Shown here in pieces: positions 43,000-52,682 of a stretch of 64,000 nucleotides of DNA (position 1 is its first letter; each line of letters begins with the position of its first letter). Source of the DNA: a virus (taxonomy: Duplodnaviria > Caudoviricetes); the IMG/VR virus record IMGVR_UViG_3300020577_007013. One strand, 5' to 3'. The translations under genes were made by a program, and so were the position numbers. Under the pieces are notes generated by a model that worked only from the letters and a program-made list of their open reading frames with translations, did no database searches and was not told the origin of the DNA.

Positions 43000-43989
43000 A
43001 TGGCAAAGTATAAATCTTTCTTCTCGGAGACGATCGTTTCCGATAAAAAATCAGACGAGTCAGATTCAACACTCGCAAAAGAACGTCAACCGAAACTATT
43101 TGATAAAATCGGAAGCACTGAAGACGAAGAGAACCTCAATTCCATATCACTCTCCTACGGTAGCACCAAAGACGCTACTGACAAGAAGTTCAATGGCAAA
43201 CTTGGAGAAGATACATCCAAAATTAAGTCAATGATAAAAAATGCAATTGGCGCTGACTTCGAGAAAGACTTCAATGATCATCCTAAACTCCCAGTAATCC
43301 CTGAACTCGACACTAAGCAACTCGGCAAATCCTTCTCTATTAAAGAGACTTATAAACCATTCTTTGAATCAGAAGTTCTCGATAGTGAAGATGACATAAA
43401 GAATCAAGAGAAACAAAAACTTCTCGGCTCAATGCATCCTGAAGTTATGTCACCTGAAAAAATCCATACTGACAACGTCGAGATCTCTTATGGCTACACT
43501 CATGAGACACCATACGGAGATCATCCAGTTAACTCTCCTGAAGAAGCTGCAACAGACCCCGTTGACGCAACTGATGAAGACTTTGACGGTAGACTTAATG
43601 AGGAACTTGTTGATGATACTCATTCTACAGTGAAACGTGCTATCAACTCAGATTTCTCTGACAACAAAGATTATAACAAAATCAAGAAGCTTCCAGATGC
43701 TCCTAAGTTTGGAGACAAAAAGAAGAGCAAGAAAAATGAATCTACTCTTGCCTACTTACAAACCAATTTTCGGAGTCTAATGAACCGGTATAAGAGCAAA
43801 TTTCAAGAGAACGATTTCGATGATGAGATCGAAGTAGATGCAGAAGAGTTCATAGGAAAAATTAAAAGACTAGATGATGAGGTCTCTGAATTTCCTACAG
43901 AGCAACTGTCTAATGAAAAACAAGAGGAGCTTAAAGAAGCACTAGAAGGTCTGAAATTTTCAATAGATCAAGCATTGGAGATGCTTTAA
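43000..43989 (+). CDS. Three-tag polyprotein (MAKYKSFFSE / ETYKPFFESE / MNRYKSKFQE)
   Basis: The first two segments are repeats (ISLSYG..DATD..F.G.L.E...AI..DF); tags at 43000, ~43351 and 43780. Confidence 0.65.
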   Translation: MAKYKSFFSETIVSDKKSDESDSTLAKERQPKLFDKIGSTEDEENLNSISLSYGSTKDATDKKFNGKLGEDTSKIKSMIKNAIGADFEKDFNDHPKLPVIPELDTKQLGKSFSIKETYKPFFESEVLDSEDDIKNQEKQKLLGSMHPEVMSPEKIHTDNVEISYGYTHETPYGDHPVNSPEEAATDPVDATDEDFDGRLNEELVDDTHSTVKRAINSDFSDNKDYNKIKKLPDAPKFGDKKKSKKNESTLAYLQTNFRSLMNRYKSKFQENDFDDEIEVDAEEFIGKIKRLDDEVSEFPTEQLSNEKQEELKEALEGLKFSIDQALEML

Positions 43990-44521
43990 TGAAAGCTTAT
44001 AAATCTAAATTCCAAGAAGCAGAGCAAATAGAAAGCAGAGAGAAAGATGCAGTATTGTTTGCTGATAAATGGGCCAAACGTATTAGAAAAGAGATCACCG
44101 ATCTTCATTTTTTCGATCATAAATCTATGAGAAAATTTTCAGATATGGTCGGATCCTATTTAAAGGAAATGGTCTAATGGAAAGCTATAAGTCAAAGTTC
44201 CAAGAAGCTGAAACAGCCGATCAAGAATTCGGTCAGGAAGAGACAGCTCTTCGTAATTTCAACGCTATCAGAGGTCAGATACCTTTTCCATTAGGCTCTA
44301 TGGTGAGAGTCGTTTTCGGTGATAAAGGATTTCAGTCTGACTTCGTCGGTAAGTTCAAACTCTCTGGTGGAATGATCACAATTCTTGGCAAGAAAAATGA
44401 CTCACAAAAGTTCATGGCCAATAGAATGAAAGACATCATGGTTGATCAAATCAACTTGAGCTTTAAGATTCGTTGCAGTGCGACATACAATATACCAGTA
44501 CAAATCCATGAAGAAATATAA
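43989..44521 (+). CDS. N-tagged proteins 43989-44177 (MKAYKSKFQE) and 44177-44521 (MESYKSKFQE)
   Basis: Tags; TAATG coupling. Confidence 0.65.
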
Positions 44522-44580
44522 ACGATTATTTTAAAGAACCATATAAGTAACATTTCTAGTTTAGTTAACTAATTATTAAT

Positions 44581-45816
44581 ATCAAAAATCCTAAGATAAG
44601 TGAAGGACTCAAGAAAACCAAGGAACGTCGGAAGACTCAGGAATGTAAAGTCTACAAGCTCAAGATTGATGAAAGTCGCTTGAATCGAGAGCAAAAAGAG
44701 TATCTCAAAATGGTCTTTGTGGAAGCGAAATGGTTCTACAATTATATTGTTTCTCTCGATGATCCATTTAATGGTCCTAAACTCAAAGTTATGAAGGAAG
44801 TCTCAGTCAAAGTTCTCGATAAATTTGAGAAAAGACTCTTTAAATTCCTTTCGACTAAAATGAAATCTGAGCTTAGAAAAAGAATTCAAGATGCCATTAA
44901 AGCACTTTCCACATTAAAGAAAAAGAACTTTAAAGTAGGTAGACTCAAATTCAAACCCCAAATAGACAGTGTGGAATTTCATAAGGTCAATATTAAAAAC
45001 AAAAAAATTATAGTTCCTTTCATAAATAAGCCATTCAAAGTCCATGGCTTTGATCAAATTCCAGAAGGAGTCGAGTTTGCCAATGGAACTCTAGAACGAA
45101 AAGCTTCTGGATATTATTTCCATGTCACGACTTTTCAAACTAAGATTCCTAAAGAAAAAACCGGTAAAGAAGTCGGAATCGACATGGGAATCAAGAACAC
45201 TGTCACGACTTCAGACGGAGAAATTTTCAAGGTTGAAGTCAAAGAGTCAGAAAAACTCAAGAGACTTCAAAGACATTTTGCTAAAAAGAAAAAGGGAAGT
45301 AAAAATCGCTTTAAAGTTCTGAAGAAAATCAAGAAAGAATATGAGAAGCTCTCGAATCAAAAGAGAGACAAGGCGAACAAAATCGTTTCTCATCTCAAGA
45401 ACTCTTTCGACAAAATTTACATTCAAGACGAAAATTTAAAAGGATGGCACAAAGGAATATTCGGAAGAGCAGTTCAAACGTCTGCTCTTGGGGCAATAAA
45501 AGCTAAGTTGAAGAGACTAGAAAGCACCCAAGTAATAGGACGATTTGAACCTACGACAAAACTTTGCTACAACTGTGGCAAAATAAATTCTCTATCTTTA
45601 TCGACTAGAATCTACAAATGCGATTGTGGACTCGAAGAAGACAGAGACATCAAAGCAGCAAAAACTATACTGTTAATTGGGCAGTCTAAAATCAATTCCA
45701 TTAGGGTCTCTAATGGTACACCTGAGGAGAAAAAGATCACTACTGCGGGTTCGTTAGAACTCGAAGCAAATCATGTTTCGTTGAGTCAGGAAGCAACTCT
45801 AGAAATAGAGTCGTAG
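44581..45816 (+). mobile_element. tnpB: Solo TnpB RNA-guided endonuclease (IS200/IS605/IS607-type), no adjacent TnpA
   Basis: RuvC motifs GIDMG, IQDENL and DRDIKAA; Zn finger CYNC...CDC. The frame is open from 44569 and encodes TKERRKTQECKVYKLKID upstream of the called TTG at 44680. Confidence 0.85.
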
Positions 45817-45830
45817 GACACTAATATAAT

Positions 45831-46262
45831 ATGAGAGAAACAGAACTTTTAAGACTGATCGAAGGCTACATCAAAGAATGTACAGACCTTGAATGCGAAT
45901 GTGAATGCAGCAACGAGGATGGAGACGAGCAAGGCTTTCAAGACGAGCCCATAGTCAAAGACGAAGAAATCGAATCATACGTTCCCTACATGAGAATGAC
46001 CCCTTCCTCTTCAATGGAAGAAGACCTTTCGAGTTCTCAGGAACTCGACGAGGAAAACCCTTGTGAACAGGGAGCTTCATACAATATGAGCCGTCATGGC
46101 TGTTTTGATAATATCAAAGGATCTAAAGCGAGATTTAAGCCAGGATACAGACCAGATGCAAAGAAAGGCTTCGTGAAAGTAAGCGATACAAAGACTGTAG
46201 CTCCTGGAGTTTCCGAGACCGAACACTGGCATGGTCAAGGCATGACAGCGGCACACTCTTAA
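45831..46262 (+). CDS. Acidic, Cys-containing hypothetical protein
   Basis: ACTAA 6 nt before the ATG. Confidence 0.55.
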   Translation: MRETELLRLIEGYIKECTDLECECECSNEDGDEQGFQDEPIVKDEEIESYVPYMRMTPSSSMEEDLSSSQELDEENPCEQGASYNMSRHGCFDNIKGSKARFKPGYRPDAKKGFVKVSDTKTVAPGVSETEHWHGQGMTAAHS

Positions 46263-46277
46263 AATAAAATTTTATTT

Positions 46278-46301
46278 AGGCAGGAGCTTTTGTTCCTGCC
46301 T
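46278..46301. terminator. Stem-loop AGGCAGGAGC-TTTT-GTTCCTGCCT (terminator or RNA-processing hairpin)
   Basis: 10-bp stem with one G-U pair, in an intergenic gap; no canonical U-tract. Confidence 0.45.
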
Positions 46302-46309
46302 TAAAAATT

Positions 46310-47289
46310 ATGACACCATACAAATCAAAGTTTCAAGAAGGTGATCCTTACCTTGATAGAAATCCCGACGAGCCTTGGGTTCTTCCTCCTAGGTCTCAAG
46401 CAGCTGGAAGAGAAGACATATCACAATGGTCTGATGAAAAAGCAAAATTAGAGATCGAGAAATTAAAAATGTACATTTCTCGTCTCAGAACAAGAGGAGA
46501 TGACTCCTCAATACAAGACGAGATTAGAACAACCTATAGAAAAATCAGACACATTGAAGAAGTCAAATGGCCTGAAAAAGCAGCTAAGAAAAAAGCATCA
46601 GCAGCTAAAGCCAGTAATAAAGCTTACCATAAAAGACTCTCTGACAAAGAGAAAAAAGTAAACGATGAAGCAGAAGCATTCAATTCCTTCTCTGATAAGC
46701 AACAAGCTGAGCAGGCTTTTTGGGAGATTGCTAATAGAATCAGATTTATTCAAGATCAAATTCTGAGTACTAAAAGAGATAGATGGGGAACTGGAAAGTT
46801 CAAGACTGAAAACATTGAGAGACTTAGAAAAGAAGAAGAACAAGCAGTACAATTTAGAACTGAATTCAAACAACTTTTTCCAGGCATTGAGCCGAAAAGA
46901 AGACTCAGCTATAATTCATTAGATAGTTTGAAAGACAAAATAAAAAACAAAAAGCTTAAAGACTTCTTCGGAAAATACAGAGCTTGGATTGAGAAGAAAG
47001 ACAGACTATGACTCCCTACAAATCAAGATTCACTGAAATAAAGTTCTCAGGCATAAAGACTCTTGAAGAGTTTTTTGATGTCTTGGCAGACCATATTGTG
47101 GAGCATCCTGACTTTGACTACGAGCTCGACAACATTGACATTGAAGAAGGTAAAATTGTTCTAAATTTTCCAGAAAATTATGACAAAATGGGAGAGCTTG
47201 CTGAGCATCTCACAAATGAATTCGAAGACATAAAGAACGGTTCATTCAAACTTAAAGTTGATGACCACTCTATCACTATTTCGGAGTAA
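46310..47289 (+). CDS. N-tagged proteins 46310-47011 (MTPYKSKFQE, basic helical) and 47008-47289 (MTPYKSRFTE)
   Basis: Tags. Confidence 0.65.
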
Positions 47290-47464
47290 AAATGTTCATA
47301 GTAATTGATACCCATCTCACAACAGAGAAAAAATTTCGTGTAAAAATCAAGAACTTAGGAACTGGACGAATAGAAGAAGTCGTAGGATTCGTCAAGCTTT
47401 TTAAGTCAAAGCTTCCTGCAGTCAAATATATCAAAAGACTTCCTGGTTGTGAGGTAATCGAATT

Positions 47465-47722
47465 ATGAATCTCTTCTCTTTAGCAAAAGACGTCTCTGAA
47501 CATTTCAGAGAGACAGAACTCATTGACAAGATCGAAAGTATCAAGTCATTCGAAGGAGAAGGAATCTACTCCATGATTAAGGTAATCCTAGCTCCTCCTC
47601 ATAATGACTACCTCGACGTCGACAAAAAACTCAGAACAGAGTTTCCTTCATTTCAGTTCCTAGATATGGAACCGTCTAGAGAAAATGGAGCTTTTGCTTT
47701 ACTCTACCACGAGAAAGCCTAA
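47465..47722 (+). CDS. Hypothetical protein
   Basis: ORF track. Confidence 0.45.
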   Translation: MNLFSLAKDVSEHFRETELIDKIESIKSFEGEGIYSMIKVILAPPHNDYLDVDKKLRTEFPSFQFLDMEPSRENGAFALLYHEKA

Positions 47723-48043
47723 GGGTTTAACGACTTCTACAGCAAGAATTTCTTGTCTGAATTTTCTTTTTTGTCTAGGAGTCACGTAGAATCTTAATGT
47801 GGGCTTGTCGACTTCTTCCTTGATCTCACAAGTCTCATCTAATATTTCGACATTCTCTATATTCACTCCATCGAATTTTACAATTTCACTAGGATCCACC
47901 CTAAGAAAAGGTTCTTTTTTGTCTTTTCTCTTAGAACAATAGACCCAATTTGTCTTCCCATACTCACTTCTCTCTAAATAAACCGGATTTATTTCATGAG
48001 AACTTGAACGTTCTAACGGATTGATGAGAATTATGTGATGCAT
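47699..48043 (-). CDS. Hypothetical protein
   Basis: ORF track; no competing + strand ORF. Confidence 0.5.
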   Translation of the reverse strand: MHHIILINPLERSSSHEINPVYLERSEYGKTNWVYCSKRKDKKEPFLRVDPSEIVKFDGVNIENVEILDETCEIKEEVDKPTLRFYVTPRQKRKFRQEILAVEVVKPLGFLVVE

Positions 48044-48097
48044 AATAGATAGTTGTGGACTAACTAGATATGAACTTTCGCTCGAATAGGAGATAAT

Positions 48098-49036
48098 ATG
48101 AAAAAATTCCTGGCACCATTTCTCTTGCTATCGCTTGTAGCAGCCGACGACCCGAACAAGCCTCTCAAAGATCGACTTCAAGAAGAGAGAATTCAGACTG
48201 AGCTTGAAAAACTCCGTATGGAAAAAGCCAAGGTTGAGCTTGAACTTAGAGAAAAACAAATGGAGTATCAACTCAAAGTATTGAAAGGTAAGATCCTCTA
48301 TTGGGAAATGCAGAGAGCGATCGATAAGATTAGATCATCCAACACAGAAAGAAGTCCTTACACTTATGAACCTGTAATCGAAGGAAAAATTAGAATCAGT
48401 GACCGTATAATCGATATGCCAATCATGATCACCAGTAAAGGTGCAAATGACATTATTAAAAAGATAGACTTCTACAACCGACAAAGTAACTATCCAATTT
48501 TTCTAGTCATCGACGTCTGCTATGGTGGTAGCGTTTTAGGTGGAGAGAAAATTATTAGAGCTATAGGTGGTAGCAATGCAAAAGTGTACATTGTAGTAAA
48601 GACTTTTGCTGCAAGCATGGCAGCAATCATTACAAGTACCTATGCTGAAAATTCTTATGTACTCAAGAATGCACTTATACTTCATCATGAGCTTTCTATG
48701 GGAGCAGAAGGAAATACTTCAAAGCATAAGGCGAGTCTAGCAGGAATGATCAGATGGCAAGAAGTTCTGTTTGCCCCTATCGCCAAACGTAAAGGAATTT
48801 CAGTAGATCAATTTGTCGACGGTCTCTACAAAATTAAGAGAGACGGTGATGCTGTCTTATTCGCAACAGACGCTGTAAAAGAACAATGGATTTTTAATAC
48901 AATCGACTCCATAGAGGATGGATCATTTACTGAGATTACTGCTACTATAGCTCAGCCTACCGTCAAGCAACTTCAAGATGAGGAGGACAGGTCTCCTGAA
49001 GATTTCTATCACATATATAGGAAAGCTTTCAAATGA
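48098..49036 (+). CDS. ClpP/crotonase-fold serine protease with signal peptide and coiled coil
   Basis: ID..GGSV..G..II...AASMAAII...LHHE (catalytic Ser and His positions); N-terminal MKKFLAPFLLLSLVAA. Confidence 0.75.
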   Translation: MKKFLAPFLLLSLVAADDPNKPLKDRLQEERIQTELEKLRMEKAKVELELREKQMEYQLKVLKGKILYWEMQRAIDKIRSSNTERSPYTYEPVIEGKIRISDRIIDMPIMITSKGANDIIKKIDFYNRQSNYPIFLVIDVCYGGSVLGGEKIIRAIGGSNAKVYIVVKTFAASMAAIITSTYAENSYVLKNALILHHELSMGAEGNTSKHKASLAGMIRWQEVLFAPIAKRKGISVDQFVDGLYKIKRDGDAVLFATDAVKEQWIFNTIDSIEDGSFTEITATIAQPTVKQLQDEEDRSPEDFYHIYRKAFK

Positions 49037-49234
49037 ATTATAGACTTGAAATAAGAGAAATTGATTACGGAATTGTCTACAATGTTTGCAAAGACAAGAA
49101 TCATCCTTATTTCATGAAGATAACACAGACTTATGGCAATGTAAGATGGTGTGGAATTTGTGACGGAATGAAGCCTTTCCCTTATAATGATAAACCATCT
49201 AAAGAATCAATGGACAAACTCAAGGATCTTTTGG

Positions 49235-49570
49235 ATGAGACCATATAGGTCATTGTTTGAATCAACAAAACAAAGACTTGAAAAGTCATTCCAGTGTACA
49301 GATGCTGATGAGAATGGTATTTTTCCTGAGACTTGTCCATTCGGAGAGATAGATACTAATGAGTTCTCTCAGTTCATACATGAGATTGAACAGTTTCCTC
49401 TTACTGAAGAAGAGTTTAGAAGACACTATAGTCTTCCTAAGTTTGATCCCATCTCAGTAGAACTTAGACAAAGAACTCCTGAATTTCGAATTTTCGGAGA
49501 TGTCAATAATAAAAAAGGATTTGTGGTACTCTTCGACGGAGATGTACATTATATTTATGAAAAAGTATAG
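49235..49570 (+). CDS. N-tagged (MRPYRSLFE) protein
   Basis: Start re-called from the tag. Confidence 0.6.
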   Translation: MRPYRSLFESTKQRLEKSFQCTDADENGIFPETCPFGEIDTNEFSQFIHEIEQFPLTEEEFRRHYSLPKFDPISVELRQRTPEFRIFGDVNNKKGFVVLFDGDVHYIYEKV

Positions 49571-50411
49571 GTCATTGTTTGAAGACAAAAAAGAGAGACC
49601 TCAGTTAGAGGAGTTCATTGATGTGTTCATGACTAAGTTTCCTTCAATGTTCGTTAGGGGACTTGGAATTGTTTTAGAAGTTGACGACTGTACAGTCTCT
49701 GTAGATCTCACTCCATTCGATGGTAGAATTCGAATAAGCTCTATCATGGTCTCTGAACCAGATAGAGGAAAAGGAATCGCATCTAAAGTCATGAAAGAAC
49801 TCATAAGTCTATCCAACGAGCTTCAAGTCGAACTTTCTCTTTTAGTAGAGCCATTCGGCAGAGTCAGAACGCTTAACAGACGAGCTCTTTCTAGTTGGTA
49901 TAGACGATTAGGATTTAAACAGAAAGGTGGCAACAAAGACAGTCTCGTCTATGAGCCCCCTATCAAGCTAAGTGGAAAATTCAAGGAGGAGTACTACTCC
50001 TCCGATCTCCAGCAGCATGGAGCAACTTTCGAAGTATTCAAAAATCCCGATAAAGGCGAATTTATGGAAATGAAGGATGTCTCCTTTGTGTACCTTAGAG
50101 GAGTTCTTGTCGGAGACGACGTCTACGTAACTTCAGAATTTTGTACAGACGGTGAGTCTCCTGTAGTGCATTCAGATATTTTAAGAGTTCTGAAAGAGAA
50201 AGGTGTCATAAACGAATATTCCAGAGCTCTCGTTCAAGACGACATGATTGAAAAATACTTCTGCTTCTATATAGAGCAAAATAACAAAGTCACAGTCTCT
50301 GGATCTTATAGCAATTCTTTTATGAGTGGAAACAAAATTGACTTGACACCTTACTTTGAGAAGATCAAGACTCGAATGCCTTGGTTGAGTTATTCTTCTT
50401 CATCTGTATAA
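49557..50411 (+). CDS. N-tagged (MKKYRSLFE) GNAT acetyltransferase plus a second domain
   Basis: V.EPDRGKGIASKVMKEL (acetyl-CoA motif A) and WYRRLGF. Confidence 0.75.
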   Translation: MKKYRSLFEDKKERPQLEEFIDVFMTKFPSMFVRGLGIVLEVDDCTVSVDLTPFDGRIRISSIMVSEPDRGKGIASKVMKELISLSNELQVELSLLVEPFGRVRTLNRRALSSWYRRLGFKQKGGNKDSLVYEPPIKLSGKFKEEYYSSDLQQHGATFEVFKNPDKGEFMEMKDVSFVYLRGVLVGDDVYVTSEFCTDGESPVVHSDILRVLKEKGVINEYSRALVQDDMIEKYFCFYIEQNNKVTVSGSYSNSFMSGNKIDLTPYFEKIKTRMPWLSYSSSSV

Positions 50412-51034
50412 CGACTGAATGAAATGTCGGGATCGTTAGGATCTCTTGGAAGATCAGTAGGACTGTCGTCCCAGACTTCCTCGTAGAGTTCTTTCGATTT
50501 CTCATTGAAATGATTCTTTTCAGCATACTCTCTATCGAGCTTCCAATATCGAATTAATTCTTGAACATCCGCTAAGTCTTTACCTCGATTAGCATTTTTC
50601 CAAGTAAGAAGTTTATATTCGATGAACTTATTGAGAGACAAATAAGGAATGTCTCCTATAGTCTGACTCATAAATTTAGGTTTCTCATAAGTCAGAGACC
50701 CATTTTTACTTTCATAGTTGATGTCAGAAAAAAGAAAGTCTACATTTATCTTATCGTCTGCTATCCATTTGTACTGAATTTTAGAACCTTGATATTTCGG
50801 TTTGAAAGTATGATATCCTTTATCCACCAGTTCATCCAGAAACTTTTGTTTGTCCTTAATGTCGATTAGAATATCGAGATCCTCTGTGACTCTGTAAAGT
50901 TGATGAGCCCTTCCAGCAATTCCTCCGATTATTACGAATTCTATTCCATGTTTTTTTAGAGTCTCTGCTATTATAGGAAGCTCTTTAGAAATGTCCTTCA
51001 TTGAAGATTCGAAAATTCTTGTATATCTATCCAC
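50390..51034 (-). CDS. N-tagged (MDRYTRIFE) nucleotidyltransferase (Pol-beta superfamily)
   Basis: FVIIGGIA...RVTEDLDIL...VDFL...K...RGKDLADV. Confidence 0.75.
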   Translation of the reverse strand: MDRYTRIFESSMKDISKELPIIAETLKKHGIEFVIIGGIAGRAHQLYRVTEDLDILIDIKDKQKFLDELVDKGYHTFKPKYQGSKIQYKWIADDKINVDFLFSDINYESKNGSLTYEKPKFMSQTIGDIPYLSLNKFIEYKLLTWKNANRGKDLADVQELIRYWKLDREYAEKNHFNEKSKELYEEVWDDSPTDLPRDPNDPDISFSRYTDEEE

Positions 51035-51077
51035 GTTTATTTATAATAGACAGATCGAGACTCGATAACTAATTTGT

Positions 51078-51329
51078 ATGAATCCCTACAAAAGTCTCTT
51101 TACCGAAGATCTTATTCCTGGTGGTAAAGCTGACGATGTTAAGACAATCGAAGCTCTTACTTCTAGTGGAGACTCGGTATTTACGGTAGACATTGAACAA
51201 ATCAAAAAAGGTCTTAAAGTAGAGTCTGAGCATACTTCAGATCCTGCAGTCGCACTCGAAATTGTGTTTGATCATCTTACAGAGTTCGATGACTATTATG
51301 ATAGACTCGAAAAAGCAGAGGAAGCATAA
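51078..51329 (+). CDS. N-tagged (MNPYKSLFTE) DUF5661-like protein
   Basis: GGKAD...GLKVESEHT...EIVFDHLTEFDDYYDRL. Confidence 0.65.
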   Translation: MNPYKSLFTEDLIPGGKADDVKTIEALTSSGDSVFTVDIEQIKKGLKVESEHTSDPAVALEIVFDHLTEFDDYYDRLEKAEEA

Positions 51330-52084
51330 TGTATAGGAGCTACTTCACTGAGTCATTTCCTTACATTAAAGAACCGGCTCCCACTAAGTACGGTGAGGAA
51401 TTCAATGTAGAAAGACTTCTCTCACTTGATGAGAAGCAACTTCAGCATGAAGGTCTTCTCCTTACAGAAGCCGGAGTCATCGGTTCTCTCTTAGGTGGAG
51501 CTGCTAAAGCAGTAGGTAAAGGAGCTCTAGCAGTCGGTAAAGCTGTAGGAAAAGCTGCACTTGCTGGCATCAAAGCTGCAGTCACTTCCCTAGGAAAAGA
51601 TCTTGTGACTGGAATTAAAAAGACAGCAAATAAGTACACCCCTAATCTCATGAAGTTCTCAGCCAATGCTTATGAAGAAACAATGAAAAAGCTTCATGAC
51701 AAACTCGTCGCTCCTAAAGGTCTTCAACAGAATATCGTTCCTGTAGTAAATGAACTCTACAATGATATGAAGCCGACCCTTTCAAAGATCATGAGCAATC
51801 CTGAAATGAACGATCAAGCATGGGCAAACTTCATGGGAATTCTCGCTCTTGACTACTTACAAAAAGTCGCTGCTCCTGCTCTTGCTGATTCAGGACAACA
51901 AATCAATGCTAATGAACTCTCAACAATTAGTCAAGCATTTCAGAAAGCACTCCTTACTAAGATGAAACCACTCATGGATCAAGCAGAGAAAAAAGCAAAA
52001 AATCCAGTTCAGACTCCTACTACAACTACACAACAGCAGTTTGACTTCAAACCAGCAGTCACTACAACAGGAGCACAGAAATAA
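51329..52084 (+). CDS. N-tagged (MYRSYFTE) protein with GKAVG amphipathic repeats
   Basis: LLTE followed by AGVIGSLLGGAAKAVGKGALAVGKAVGKAALAG. Confidence 0.6.
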   Translation: MYRSYFTESFPYIKEPAPTKYGEEFNVERLLSLDEKQLQHEGLLLTEAGVIGSLLGGAAKAVGKGALAVGKAVGKAALAGIKAAVTSLGKDLVTGIKKTANKYTPNLMKFSANAYEETMKKLHDKLVAPKGLQQNIVPVVNELYNDMKPTLSKIMSNPEMNDQAWANFMGILALDYLQKVAAPALADSGQQINANELSTISQAFQKALLTKMKPLMDQAEKKAKNPVQTPTTTTQQQFDFKPAVTTTGAQK

Positions 52085-52682
52085 ATGCCAGCACCGCTCG
52101 TTAAATCATTAGCTAAAAAATACCATAAGTCGCCTAAGACTGTGGACAAAAAATTCAAGAGACTGAAGAAAGGAATTGTCGACTCAGGAAAAGGTGGATA
52201 TGGATTGGTTGTTTCTCAACTGAAAAAAGGTCTCAAGAAAGAAGAAACTCAAGTTCCTTATAAGAGATTGTTCGATGGCAAATAAGTATACAGACCCAGT
52301 CGCTCAACTTTTTCTTCAAGGTCGGAAGATAACCACAGACCTTACATTTGAAGAAAATTTTTCCGTTAAAGGGAAGGATGAGCACACTCTAGTAATCAAA
52401 AATACTAATGGATTCGTCCCTGTCACCTATAACAATATCGGATCTTTAGCTAGAATCATTATTACAGTAACTCCACTCACTACCGTGACTGTAGATCCTA
52501 TTGTAACACTTAAATTCACTATCAATGACGGAATGAATCCAATCTACACTATCGATTTACCATTCCGTAAAATTTTCTATTATATGCCTGATACAGTCTT
52601 CAGTGCATACATTACGAACATACAACTCAGTACCACCTCAACAACAGATGTTGAAATCGACTTCAGAGCCTACGGAGAATAG
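52085..52682 (+). CDS. Small basic protein with C-terminal YKRLF (52085-52285) and a beta-rich protein (52275-52682)
   Basis: ORF track. Confidence 0.55.

Noticed and set aside
44581-45816. Possible Cas12/type V CRISPR effector
   Set aside because: About 410 aa with TnpB architecture; no repeat-spacer array or cas genes in the window
31953-47289. N-terminal tag as a DNA repeat or translation enhancer
   Set aside because: Synonymous codons vary between copies, and the motif also occurs internally and at C-termini, so it is constrained at the protein level
32275-49556. Longer N-terminal extensions in the ORF track for 32275, 33129, 35106, 38936, 42611, 49187 and 49500
   Set aside because: Each has a downstream ATG that places the tag at the N-terminus and usually couples with the previous stop; the extensions overlap neighbouring genes
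51038-51045. Perfect T4 late promoter TATAAATA on the minus strand upstream of the NTase gene
   Set aside because: Single instance at a gene head; no structural gene here uses it, and the same bases fit the recurring TATTAT-N8-start pattern
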